32,000 nucleotides of DNA from Planctopirus limnophila DSM 3776 (GTDB lineage: Bacteria > Planctomycetota > Planctomycetia > Planctomycetales > Planctomycetaceae). The stretch is taken from positions 120,001-152,000 of the forward strand of contig NC_014148.1 in NCBI RefSeq assembly GCF_000092105.1, written 5' to 3'. A program made the position numbers and the translations under genes. Below, piece by piece: positions 1 to 8,881 of the stretch (within the stretch, counting starts at the first letter, position 1; each line of letters begins with the position of its first letter). The notes beneath the pieces are model-generated. The model saw only the letters and a program-made list of their open reading frames with translations. It was not told the DNA's origin and made no database searches.

Positions 1-705
1 GGTGTTCATGGCCTGCATGTGAAATGAAGTCGGAAACTGGCCGGGAATGATCGTGGCCAGCAGGCTGTAGAGGTAAGCCGTACCGACACCCAAGGCAATG
101 AGCGTGAACATATTCGGGTTGCGACTGAGGATCGACTTCCAGGCGCGCTCAAAGAAGGGCCAGCCGCAATAGAAGACGATCGGCGTGGTCAGAAGCAACT
201 GGATCCAGTTCAGCCATGACATATTGGCATGCAGCCACTGCATGGTGGCACTCGAAGGGAGCATGCCCAACATGGCAATGACAAAGACAGGGAGACCCAG
301 AACAACGGCCCAGCGCAAGCGGGATGAAAGCAGCATCCATTCGGGATCGGGCCCTGCTTGAAATGTGGGTTGTGACGGTTCCAGAGCCATGCCGCAAATG
401 GGGCAGCTACCTGGTGCGGATTGGACAACTTCGGGATCCATGGGGCAGATGTATGTTTGACCCGGGGCAGCGGGTGTGGACTGTGCACAATCGTGACGAA
501 TCGCATCGGGGGATAAATAGACTTCCGGATTTGCACGGAACCTGATCAGGCAGGAGCGCGCGCAGAAGTAATAGGTGGTGCCGGCATGTACCAGGGAACC
601 TGAAGCATGGGCTGGATCGACAGACATCCCACACACCGGATCTGTTTCTCGATGCGGTTCTAGAATGGTCAGCAGAGAGGATGGTCTGGAAGGTGGCACA
701 GGCAT
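1..705 (-). CDS. Heavy-metal (probably Cu+) translocating P1B-type ATPase, N-terminal 235 codons only; the gene continues beyond window position 1
   Basis: This ORF is absent from the supplied track because it has no stop inside the window. My own minus-strand translation from the ATG at 705 reads MPVPPSRPSSLLTILEPHRETDPVCGMSVDPAHASGSLVHAGTTYYFCARSCLIRFRANPEVYLSP..GQTYICPMDPEVVQSAPGSCPICGMALEP..LRWAVVLGLPVFVIAMLGML..WIQLLLTTPIVFYCGWPFFERAWKSILSRNPNMFTLIALGVGTAYLYSLLATI. DPVCGM...YYFC..SC is a YHS/TRASH-type metal-binding domain. Y-x-CPM...CPICGM is the short heavy-metal-binding domain seen on Cu pumps. The first TM helices of CopA-like pumps follow. There is an in-frame stop at 787-789, so an upstream GTG or TTG start is also possible. 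Confidence 0.8.
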   Translation of the reverse strand, partial: MPVPPSRPSSLLTILEPHRETDPVCGMSVDPAHASGSLVHAGTTYYFCARSCLIRFRANPEVYLSPDAIRHDCAQSTPAAPGQTYICPMDPEVVQSAPGSCPICGMALEPSQPTFQAGPDPEWMLLSSRLRWAVVLGLPVFVIAMLGMLPSSATMQWLHANMSWLNWIQLLLTTPIVFYCGWPFFERAWKSILSRNPNMFTLIALGVGTAYLYSLLATIIPGQFPTSFHMQAMNT

Positions 706-1307
706 GATGCAGGTCTTCAGCAAAGGATCAGAGGGCCTGAGAGCAGAGAGCGTGCGTGTCAAGACATTGAGCACCCATCCATCGTATCAATCGTACCGAT
801 GATCTCTGGAAGTGATAAAGGTTTCGCTCAGGCAGCTTACGAGTGGTGATCCCCAATCGCCCGTTGTTGTGGCAAAAAGTTCTCGCAAAGCTTGTGGACT
901 TCACCACTGTCGCCGGCAGATCTTCGATTGTCGATGCCAGCAGGTTTCGCCATCTTCCCTACGATGAATTCATATTTTTGCAGTCGGGGCACTTGAGTCG
1001 AATTTTTCGTCGCTCCGAAAAACTTCAAAAAAAATAGAAAACTGCTCTTTGCAGCGGCGGAATCTTCCGATACACCCCGCCTCAGCAATGAAAATGTTCC
1101 CCGCATTGGCATTGCCGGGTTTTGTCTCGATTCGCTGCAGTCACGAATGTGAGTGAGCCGTCCTGCCAGAATTCTTCAAGAAAAGACACTTCGCGTGGTC
1201 ACTGTCCGGCGGCCACCAGACAATTGAAAACCCCTCTCAAGCCCGAGCGTTTTGCTCATCGGCTAACCGATTTCCCCCCTCTCTCCCGTTCCTGAAGGAA
1301 TCTGTTC

Positions 1308-1610
1308 ATGTTCACTCGTATGGCCTTGGCACTGGCTGGTCTCGCGATTGCAATTTCGGCTTCTGGCTGCTGCTGCTCTGCCAATCGCTGCAATCCTTGT
1401 GGCCCTTGTGGTGCTGCAGCTCCATCACCTTGCTCGACAGGTAACTGCTCGCCCAGCTTCTATCCTCCTGCCGGTGGCGGCGGTGGGCAATTCTTTCAGG
1501 GTGCAGATGCTTCTGGCATGAACCTGGGAACCTCCACAGTGGCGACATCTCAGCCATTCGGTGGATATCCAGCCACAGCCATGGCTCCTGCACAGCTGCT
1601 GCCAAACTAG
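1308..1610 (+). CDS. Small secreted Cys-rich protein, probable lipoprotein (possible metal-binding protein)
   Basis: The signal peptide is MFTRMALALAGLAIAISASG|C with a lipobox-like ASGC. There are then 8 Cys in residues 21-47 (CCCSANRCNPCGPCGAAAPSPCSTGNC), followed by a Gly/Pro-rich tail. AAGGA lies 8 nt upstream of the ATG. The gene is divergent from the Cu-ATPase gene. Confidence 0.6.
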   Translation: MFTRMALALAGLAIAISASGCCCSANRCNPCGPCGAAAPSPCSTGNCSPSFYPPAGGGGGQFFQGADASGMNLGTSTVATSQPFGGYPATAMAPAQLLPN

Positions 1611-1618
1611 TGGGTATT

Positions 1619-1650
1619 CCACGTGAGTGCTCTCCACGTGAATGCTCTCC
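1619..1650. repeat. Tandem 15-bp duplication, each copy containing the palindrome CACGTG
   Basis: CCACGTGAGTGCTCT (1619-1633) and CCACGTGAATGCTCT (1634-1648) differ at 1 position and are followed by CC. The repeat lies between the Cys-rich ORF stop and the NIPSNAP ORF. Confidence 0.7.
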
Positions 1651-1715
1651 TGGAACAGATGGCTTTCGCGGGCCCGTTTGACTCCTGAAAATGCACGTCG
1701 ATCAAGAATTCACTT

Positions 1716-2363
1716 GTGCGGCTGATCGCTGAAGTTTGGTATCATTATGCAAAGCATCACACAGATAAGATGCTTTCAAGTGACCCGAATGGAACTGGAG
1801 CCACATCAATGAGTCGACTCATCTCTCACGCGCCGACACCTAACGCTTCCAAGTCCGATAGCAATCATGCATCGGCTCAGGATGACCGTACGATTCAGGC
1901 CTCGCAGTCATCACATACGAGCCCTTCCACTTTCGGGAAGACCCTGTTGCTGTGGGCCTTGGCCTCACTGATCGGTGGCGGGCTGGGATATGGTTACACA
2001 TTAAAAATTTCGCAGGCCGAAGCGAACCGGGCAGAGACGAAAAAGCTCTATGAACTGCGGACTTACACGGCACTACCCGGGCGGTTGGATGCGCTGAACA
2101 AGCGCTTTCGCGATCACACCACTCAGCTTTTCGCTAAGCATGGGATGACGAATGTGATCTATCTCACACCGGCCAATGGTGACAATAAACTCATTTATCT
2201 GATTGCCCATGAGAACGAAGCGGCTGCGGCAGCCTCATGGAAGGCCTTTCGCGAAGATCCTGCGTGGAAAGCGGCACGCGAAGCCTCTGAGGCAGACGGC
2301 AAGATTGTCGAGAAGGTGGAATCGGTTTATCTGAATGCCACCGATTATTCTCCCATGAAATAG
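1716..2363 (+). CDS. NIPSNAP family protein with an N-terminal membrane anchor
   Basis: The C-terminal ~105 aa, LYELRTYTALPGRLDALNKRFRDHTTQLFAKHGMTNVIYL...LIAHENEAAAAASWKAFREDPAWKAAREASE...VESVYLNATDYSPM, match the NIPSNAP domain pattern (YELRxY..PG...F....). A TM segment LLLWALASLIGGGLGYGYTL precedes it. The start is ambiguous: GTG at 1716, or the internal ATGs giving MLSSDP.. or MSRLIS.. Confidence 0.8.
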   Translation: MRLIAEVWYHYAKHHTDKMLSSDPNGTGATSMSRLISHAPTPNASKSDSNHASAQDDRTIQASQSSHTSPSTFGKTLLLWALASLIGGGLGYGYTLKISQAEANRAETKKLYELRTYTALPGRLDALNKRFRDHTTQLFAKHGMTNVIYLTPANGDNKLIYLIAHENEAAAAASWKAFREDPAWKAAREASEADGKIVEKVESVYLNATDYSPMK

Positions 2364-2510
2364 CCGTCAATCAGCGATCTCACTTCGTGATGTCACTCAT
2401 GATGAAATCTCCGTCCGTCCAGAGAATTTCGATCTGCACGGACTGTTCCAGATGGGAATCGCATTCTCGCCAAGAACCGCAAGTTCGGCACAGATTGAGA
2501 TCGCTCGCTG

Positions 2511-4775
2511 CTATTTGAATGCGGGATCGAATTCTGGATTGGATTCGTTCTCGTTGGCCCCTGGGGCCGGTGGGATGAACGCAGGCAAGTTCCCTGCCGG
2601 CTGAGGCGGAGATGAGAGAACTTTGTCAAAGAGCTGTGTGGCTTCTGGTGAACCGGGGGCATCAATGGCCTGGTCATCATAGAGGACAGAGCCTCCCTCA
2701 ACCGGTGGATAGGTCATCCCCTGCGGTTCATTCAGAGCCGGTGCCAGAGTCTGAATCATCGGGCCTTCGCTGACCTGTGGCGCCAACTGTTTAGGATGAT
2801 CGAACCGGCTGGCCGGGTGAGTACGCAGTTGCCGCTCGAGAGCATCGCAATAAGCTTGTTCTGGCCATGGCCCTTCTTCGAGCGAGATTTCGTTGTAATC
2901 GAACAAGGTTCCTTTTTCGAGCTGGACGTTCTTGATCGACAGCGAGTATTCGATGACGGCCCGGAAGTAGGAAATGTCGGCATCAGCCATCCGACGCTGA
3001 GCTTCGAGCAGCAGGTCAACCGTCGCGTTGTCGGCGTCAAAGGCCGCTTGAACCGCTTCAACCTGCTCTCGTGCAGCCATGCGGCGGTTCAGTGCAGTTT
3101 CGACGATCTGGTAGGAACGATCCACGTCGGCAATGGCGTTGCTCAAGTCGTGGATGACTGATCGTTCCTGCTCGAAAAGTAACGCACGATCTCGGGCCAG
3201 TTGCAATTCCGCATTACGAACGGCGGTATAAGCTTGACGAAATCCTAAAGGCATGGAGAACTCGAGGCCTAACTGCCACTCCTGGAAGTTCCCCGAAGTC
3301 AGGTTTGAATAGGCATCACCAAACTCACCACCTGTTCCGTCTGGCAACAGATCTTTGCCGAATCCACGGAAGCGGTAGCGGGCCATGGCATCGAGTTGTG
3401 GTTTGAGAAAGTTCTTGTTGGCCTGAAGTTCGAGTTCACGTTTGCGAACCTGCCACTTCTGGCGGCGGAGTTCAACTCGTCGTGAAAGAGCTTCACCGAG
3501 AGTTGATTCCCACGAGTAAGAAAGCTTGGCAGCCGACGGTTCGTCGGCAGTTCGAATGAGTCGACCATCGTTAATGGGCATACCAATCAGCAGACGCAGT
3601 CGGCGTTCGCAGACAAAAACCCCGCCTGTCCCGCGGAAGGTCCCCCCGGTACTGCCGTTGTTGGTCCGTGTGCCATCGAGCAAGCGGCCATGCAGTGCGT
3701 TCTGGGCTTCCTCCTGAAAGCGGAAGTACTGCTCACGGGCCTGAGCTTCCTTTTCGGCTTCGCCACCTCGTCGACCTTGCTCGTATAAAGCCCGAATGCG
3801 ACGCCAGGTTTCGAGAGCCGCATCACGGGCGGCGATCTTCGATTCCAGATCACGCCAGGCAAATGACAGATCCCAGTAGCAGTTCTCAACATCACTCACA
3901 TAGTTACGGACACCAACTTCAAAATCAGCCAGTGAGATATCCGAATTGATCCGGGCAATCACCACACCATTGATCAGGCCAGGCTGGGCATTCGGCCCGG
4001 CAATACGATTGAAATCGACCCCGGCGCCTTGCAGCAATGGCTGACGAACTTCACCTTCGTACCAGGTTGTCCACGCGCTGGGGAAGAAGTTCCCGGGTGC
4101 ATTGTTGGCATCGTATTGGGTGTAGTTACGAATGGCAAAATTCGAACCCGTCGCGGCTGTTTTCGAGATCTGAGCCTGATAGACGTTGAAATCCTGAGTA
4201 AGCAGCCGCGTCCCACCACCAAAGAACTGGTTGTTCAATGCGCGGTCGTTCTTCTCCCACATGGCACTGGCTGCCACCTGCGCATCAAATGCACTGAGTG
4301 CGGCTTCGATGCCGAACCTGGGATCCGTCTGTGCAATGGCAGGATCATTCTTGGTACGCACAATTTCGGGAGATCTTAGCACCAATCCGCCCAGATCGCG
4401 GAAAGCCTTGGATTGTGCCAGACCCAGTCGCATAACTTCTTCAAGAGAAAGATCAAGGTACTCTGTCGGTGTTTCGCTGCTGAGCGAGATCGGTGCACTG
4501 GTCGCTTCGAGAATCTGTTCGTCCGAAACCTTTTCGATTTTCGGATACTCGATCTTGCGGCCCATCGCCTCGTAATGCGAGGTATCAATACCAATGTTCG
4601 CAGCGGGAGTGGGCTGGTAGCGGGCGCAGCCTGGGCCAGGCAAAGTGATGATGGCCACCACTACGCTCAACCATCGCCAGCGGAGAATCCGCTCACGCGA
4701 CCACATCCTTGCCGGTCTCCATGAAGTCTTCAATGACTCTTGTTCGTTTGCTTGTCGCGATCTGTGATCAGGCAT
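2511..4775 (-). CDS. TolC-family outer membrane efflux protein (OEP), possibly lipidated, with a Pro-rich C-terminal tail
   Basis: The 754-aa ORF contains LSLEEVMRLGLAQSKAFRDLG near the N-terminus and long coiled-coil-like segments (ARDAALETWRRIRALYEQGR.., AVRNAELQLARDRALLFEQERSVIHDLSNAIADVDRSY, REQVEAVQAAFDADNATVDLLLEAQRRMADADISYFRAVIEYSLSIKNV), typical of the duplicated OEP repeat. The more likely start is the internal MWSRERILRWRWLSVVVAIITLPGPGC at about 4706. Confidence 0.85.
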   Translation of the reverse strand: MPDHRSRQANEQESLKTSWRPARMWSRERILRWRWLSVVVAIITLPGPGCARYQPTPAANIGIDTSHYEAMGRKIEYPKIEKVSDEQILEATSAPISLSSETPTEYLDLSLEEVMRLGLAQSKAFRDLGGLVLRSPEIVRTKNDPAIAQTDPRFGIEAALSAFDAQVAASAMWEKNDRALNNQFFGGGTRLLTQDFNVYQAQISKTAATGSNFAIRNYTQYDANNAPGNFFPSAWTTWYEGEVRQPLLQGAGVDFNRIAGPNAQPGLINGVVIARINSDISLADFEVGVRNYVSDVENCYWDLSFAWRDLESKIAARDAALETWRRIRALYEQGRRGGEAEKEAQAREQYFRFQEEAQNALHGRLLDGTRTNNGSTGGTFRGTGGVFVCERRLRLLIGMPINDGRLIRTADEPSAAKLSYSWESTLGEALSRRVELRRQKWQVRKRELELQANKNFLKPQLDAMARYRFRGFGKDLLPDGTGGEFGDAYSNLTSGNFQEWQLGLEFSMPLGFRQAYTAVRNAELQLARDRALLFEQERSVIHDLSNAIADVDRSYQIVETALNRRMAAREQVEAVQAAFDADNATVDLLLEAQRRMADADISYFRAVIEYSLSIKNVQLEKGTLFDYNEISLEEGPWPEQAYCDALERQLRTHPASRFDHPKQLAPQVSEGPMIQTLAPALNEPQGMTYPPVEGGSVLYDDQAIDAPGSPEATQLFDKVLSSPPQPAGNLPAFIPPAPGANENESNPEFDPAFK

Positions 4776-5291
4776 TCTCTGCGCAGAAAATGACCGCGTG
4801 ATGTTCCGTCATCGTGAGTGATCGGCACGCCGGACGGCAGGCTTTGGGTAACTTTTCAGAACGACAGGCAATCGGCAGTACCTGCCGTCCCCAGGATTGC
4901 GATATCGCGAGATGTCACCACGAACTGTTGGAATCGGAAAAATCGTTCAAGCCGGTAAACTCACTACAACCAGAGAAGTTGTTCATATCCGGAAGAACAG
5001 CTCGAACTTGTGATTCGGCAGGCAGGCGTTGTTTGATGCCGAACCAGTTGTCCTCATCTTCAGTGAGCTAACCAAGCTGACGTTTGCTCTTTCAGCAAAG
5101 TTCGATTCAAAACTTCTGCGCGACTTTCAAACCCGTGCTAAGTTAGCAGCATTGGTTATTCGGAATTCCTTTTTCCGGTGAAGCTCTCAAGAGAAGCCTG
5201 TGGCTGACGCTGCCTTCGCGCATCGTATCAATGCCATCAGGAAAATTTTCTCTGGTGATTTGCTGGTGGCCAATGAGGGGCATTTCCATTC

Positions 5292-7025
5292 ATGCACGGC
5301 CTGGTATCGATTCTTGCACAACTTGAAGGAGTCCTTTCCGGGACTGCCGGCCTGTTGGCTTTAGCAACTGTCTGCCTGTTCCAGCATGGAATTCATGTGC
5401 TGCAGCGACAACGATCTGACCGGAATTCCGCTCGAATTCTTGGTGAAGTCAAGAGCCTTGAACGCGAGGTCATGCACCTGACTCGTGACAAGATGATCAC
5501 CCGGCTGGAGAACGTGGTTCTCCGCGAAATTCTCACACAGAACGATCCCGAGCGAGGGTACGCCGTTCTTCTCAAGCGATTCATTCCCGATACAGATTCT
5601 GGTTTTGCAGCCATCATTCGTCTGGATCGCAGCAGCGGAACAGTCTTTGAGGCCCGTGGTCTGAGTGACGAATCGCTCGAAGCATTTCATATCGATACAC
5701 ATCATCTGGCGACACTGGCCAGTGGTTCGCCTTTGGTCCTGGAAGACCAGCCTCTGCGGAAAAGCCAGATCTATGCGTCGTTGACACCTTCCGACAAACG
5801 CAAGGCCAGTCGGATTTTCCTGATTCCCGTAGGCGTCGGACAAGAACTCTGCGCTGTTCTGGCAACGACACAGCTATTACCCACAGCAGCTCCACAAGCC
5901 GAGCAGTTGGATCTGAGTACTCGCCTCATGTCCTGTGTGGCAGGTTCACTCAAGCAGCTCTTTACGCTCGAACATCATACCCATCAGTTGCGATCCACCC
6001 GCGAGATGCTCGAATTGCGGTCGATCGCAGACAGCCAGAGCGAGCAGCCACTGCGCATGATTGAACGGTTCATGGTTCGACTGGCGCAGATTACAGGCTC
6101 GGAGCGAGCCAGTCTGTACGTGCTGCCCAAAGAGGGTGCTGCCACCTGCAAAGCATTGATTCGTTGTGGCGTACAATTACCGCCAGGCGTCGAAACACGC
6201 TGGTTTCAGCACGAAGATACACTATCGAGTATGGGTCAGTTGTATGGCCAGGTCACGGTCTTCGATCAACTCCATCTCAAGCGAGTCGGTGTCGATACGC
6301 TCATGCAATCGGCTGTGACAGCGCCGATTCGTCACAAACATCGCTACGCGGGATTGCTTTGCCTCACGCGCCGACAGTCAGCAGCACCACTCCCAGTCGA
6401 TCTGGAATTGATTACCTGGGCGGCAGATGTGCTTTCCGAAACGATCCAGAAGTCGATCAATTTCCTGCAGATGGAACGTCAGGCCAGGCAGGATGGACTG
6501 ACCGATCTGGCCAACCGCCGGACATTCGATCTGCAACTGGCTCGTGAGATTGACAGTGTGCAACAGGGACTGGGGCTCGAATGCTCTCTGCTGTTATGCG
6601 ATCTCGACCGCTTCAAATCAATCAATGATCAGTATGGGCATCAGGCGGGTGATCTCGTTCTCCGTGAAACGGCACAAATTCTGCGCGAGCAAATGGGCAA
6701 GATTCGCTCGGGAGACCGGGCTCTCCTGGCGCGATATGGCGGCGAAGAAATGGCTATTCTGCTTCCCGGCGTGGGAATCACGGGAGCATTACGCATAGCC
6801 GAAGGGATTCGCGCAGCCATCGACTCTCACCCCTTTGCCGTCGAATCGGCATTACTCACGGTCACGATCAGCGTGGGTGTCGCCACCTGTCCGCTCCATG
6901 CCTCTTCACCAGAAGCCTTGATCTCGGCGGCCGACGCTGCCTTGTATGAGGCCAAGTCGGCTGGCCGAAATCGAGTCTGCTGTGCTCAGGAACCAACGGC
7001 CATCTCCGCGACCGGAGTGTCGTGA
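5292..7025 (+). CDS. Diguanylate cyclase (GGDEF domain) with an N-terminal TM segment and GAF-like sensor region
   Basis: The C-terminus reads GLTDLANRRTFDLQLAREI..CSLLLCDLDRFKSINDQYGHQAGDLVLRETAQILREQ..ARYGGEEMAILLPG..TISVGVATCP..LISAADAALYEAKSAGRNRV, which is a canonical GGDEF fold with the active-site variant GGEEM. Confidence 0.9.
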   Translation: MHGLVSILAQLEGVLSGTAGLLALATVCLFQHGIHVLQRQRSDRNSARILGEVKSLEREVMHLTRDKMITRLENVVLREILTQNDPERGYAVLLKRFIPDTDSGFAAIIRLDRSSGTVFEARGLSDESLEAFHIDTHHLATLASGSPLVLEDQPLRKSQIYASLTPSDKRKASRIFLIPVGVGQELCAVLATTQLLPTAAPQAEQLDLSTRLMSCVAGSLKQLFTLEHHTHQLRSTREMLELRSIADSQSEQPLRMIERFMVRLAQITGSERASLYVLPKEGAATCKALIRCGVQLPPGVETRWFQHEDTLSSMGQLYGQVTVFDQLHLKRVGVDTLMQSAVTAPIRHKHRYAGLLCLTRRQSAAPLPVDLELITWAADVLSETIQKSINFLQMERQARQDGLTDLANRRTFDLQLAREIDSVQQGLGLECSLLLCDLDRFKSINDQYGHQAGDLVLRETAQILREQMGKIRSGDRALLARYGGEEMAILLPGVGITGALRIAEGIRAAIDSHPFAVESALLTVTISVGVATCPLHASSPEALISAADAALYEAKSAGRNRVCCAQEPTAISATGVS

Positions 7026-7028
7026 GAC

Positions 7029-7131
7029 TTGGTGTTTGGAGTTTGGTATTGGGTTTTCGGCGTTTGGCATTTGACGTCAACGGTATGACTTCTCGAATAT
7101 CAAATACCAAATACCCAACACCAAACATCAA
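7029..7131. repeat. Imperfect inverted repeat (TG-rich arm 7029-7073, AC-rich arm 7101-7131) between convergent genes; probable bidirectional terminator or 3' stabiliser hairpin
   Basis: The left arm is TTGGTGTTTGGAGTTTGGTATTGGGTTTTCGGCGTTTGGCATTTG. The reverse complement of the right arm is TTGATGTTTGGTGTTGGGTATTTGGTATTTG. The arms start 3 nt after the GGDEF stop (7023-7025) and end 6 nt before the leuA stop (7138-7140). Confidence 0.6.
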
Positions 7132-7137
7132 CTCCTC

Positions 7138-8709
7138 TCAAACCCCAGGCTCTCTTTGCTCGCTCGGCTGGCCAATCGCCGCTTTGTTCAGAGCCTTCAA
7201 ATACGCCTGAGCGCTGGCTTCGAGAATATCGGTGCTGACCGCTTTACCATGGTACTTACGGCCGCCGGTAATGAGCTCGATCATCACTTCACCCTGGGCA
7301 TCTTTCCCTTCGGAGACACTGCGCACCTGATAATTGTCAAGTGTTCCCGAGACTCCCATAATGCGTTCAATCGCTTTGCAGACGGCATCCACCGGGCCAT
7401 CGCCAATAGCCGCATCGCAATGCACCTGATGCTGGTCATCATGCAGCTCGACTGTCGCTGTCGGGATTGTGCCCGTCCCGGCAGCAATATGAAACCTCTG
7501 CAATTTCCAGCGATCCGAGGCATTTCGATCCTGATGCTCGATAATCGCAATGATGTCCGCGTCGTAGACCGATTTCTTTTTGTCGGCGAGAATGATGAAT
7601 TCATCAAAGACACGCTGGAACGTTTCATCGTCGAGAGTGTAGCCCAACTCGGCCACTCGACTGCGAAAAGCATGTCGGCCTGAGTGTTTGCCCAACACCA
7701 GATTCTGGCCCACGAAGCCTACGTCTTCAGGACGCATGATTTCGTAAGTCTCACGGTTCTGCAGCATGCCATGCTGATGGATACCCGATTCGTGAGCGAA
7801 GGCGTTCTGGCCGACAATCGCTTTATTGCGCTGGACGATCATGCCCGTCACGTTGCTCACCAGTCGGCTCGCCTGGCAGAGCTTTTGAGTGTTGATCTTC
7901 GTACCGACTTTGTAGTAATCCTGCCGCGTGCGGAGAGCCATAACGATCTCTTCGAGAGCCGCATTTCCGGCCCGCTCACCGAGCCCATTGATCGTACATT
8001 CGACCTGTCGCGCACCGGCTTCAATGGCCGAGAGACTGTTAGCCACTGCCAGTCCAAGATCGTTGTGGCAATGTGCACTGATGACAGCCTGCTGGATATT
8101 GGGCACGTTTTTCTTGAGATAGCTGATCACGTTGAAGTAGTGCGATGGCGTGGCGTAGCCCACGGTATCGGGAATATTGACCGTGGTCGCGCCGTGACGA
8201 ATAGCCGTCTCGACCACCTGTGCGAGAAATTCGAGTTCCGTTCGCGAAGCATCTTCGGGCGAGAACTCAATATCTTCGCAGCGCTCTTTGGCGCGACTGA
8301 CCATCTCGGCGGTACGCTTGAGGATCTCTTCCGTTGCCATTTTGAGTTTGAATTCTCGATGAATGGCACTGGTGGCGAGGAAGAGATGAATCCGCTTGCG
8401 GCGGGCCGCTGAGACCGCATCCGCAGCTCGATCAATATCTTCATTCCGGCAACGAGCGAGGCCGCAGATCGTGGCCTGCTCGCCGAATCTTTCGGCGACC
8501 TTACGTACGGCTTCGAAATCACCCGGACTGGCAATCGGGAAGCCCGCTTCAATGACATCGACGCCGAGATCGACCAGAGCTTTCGCCACTTCGAGCTTTT
8601 CATCGGTGTTCATACTGCAGCCAGGCGACTGCTCACCATCGCGAAGTGTCGTATCAAAGATAATGATCTGGTCAGCAGGTGAAGTCTTTGTGGCAGAAGT
8701 CATTTTCAT
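7138..8709 (-). CDS. leuA: 2-isopropylmalate synthase
   Basis: The 523-aa ORF contains [68 protein letters not shown] and a C-terminal LeuA regulatory domain. The start may be the second ATG (MTSATK, 8703), which has better spacing from GAGGA. Confidence 0.95.
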   Translation of the reverse strand: MKMTSATKTSPADQIIIFDTTLRDGEQSPGCSMNTDEKLEVAKALVDLGVDVIEAGFPIASPGDFEAVRKVAERFGEQATICGLARCRNEDIDRAADAVSAARRKRIHLFLATSAIHREFKLKMATEEILKRTAEMVSRAKERCEDIEFSPEDASRTELEFLAQVVETAIRHGATTVNIPDTVGYATPSHYFNVISYLKKNVPNIQQAVISAHCHNDLGLAVANSLSAIEAGARQVECTINGLGERAGNAALEEIVMALRTRQDYYKVGTKINTQKLCQASRLVSNVTGMIVQRNKAIVGQNAFAHESGIHQHGMLQNRETYEIMRPEDVGFVGQNLVLGKHSGRHAFRSRVAELGYTLDDETFQRVFDEFIILADKKKSVYDADIIAIIEHQDRNASDRWKLQRFHIAAGTGTIPTATVELHDDQHQVHCDAAIGDGPVDAVCKAIERIMGVSGTLDNYQVRSVSEGKDAQGEVMIELITGGRKYHGKAVSTDILEASAQAYLKALNKAAIGQPSEQREPGV

Positions 8710-8837
8710 AATCCTCGATTTAGTATTCCAAACTCAGGGATGAAGCTGAGAGAGCTGGAGTCGATCCAGCGTTCCACAGGCATTCACCATTCATCGAACA
8801 GTTGAAGACAGGTTGCGGGAAACCAGAACTGGTATCA

Positions 8838-8849
8838 CCTGCTGGCACC
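8838..8849 (-). promoter_or_regulatory. 12-nt segment in the leuA 5' UTR that is perfectly complementary to the loop and 3' arm of the upstream terminator
   Basis: Plus-strand CCTGCTGGCACC (8838-8849) is the exact reverse complement of GGTGCCAGCAGG (8893-8904). Confidence 0.5.
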
Positions 8850-8881
8850 TGTACCTCACTGCGAGGAAAGAGTCCGGGTAT

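Noticed and set aside
837-1112. 91-aa minus-strand ORF and the overlapping 64-aa plus-strand ORF (843..1037) in the Cu-ATPase / Cys-rich gene intergenic region
   Set aside because: The two ORFs overlap each other and cross an A/T-rich tract. I saw no convincing RBS, signal peptide or family motif. I cannot exclude a small regulator, but nothing supports one.
4814-5071. 85-aa plus-strand ORF in the TolC / GGDEF divergent region
   Set aside because: It has no RBS and no motif, and it lies in a 516-bp promoter region. It is probably non-coding.
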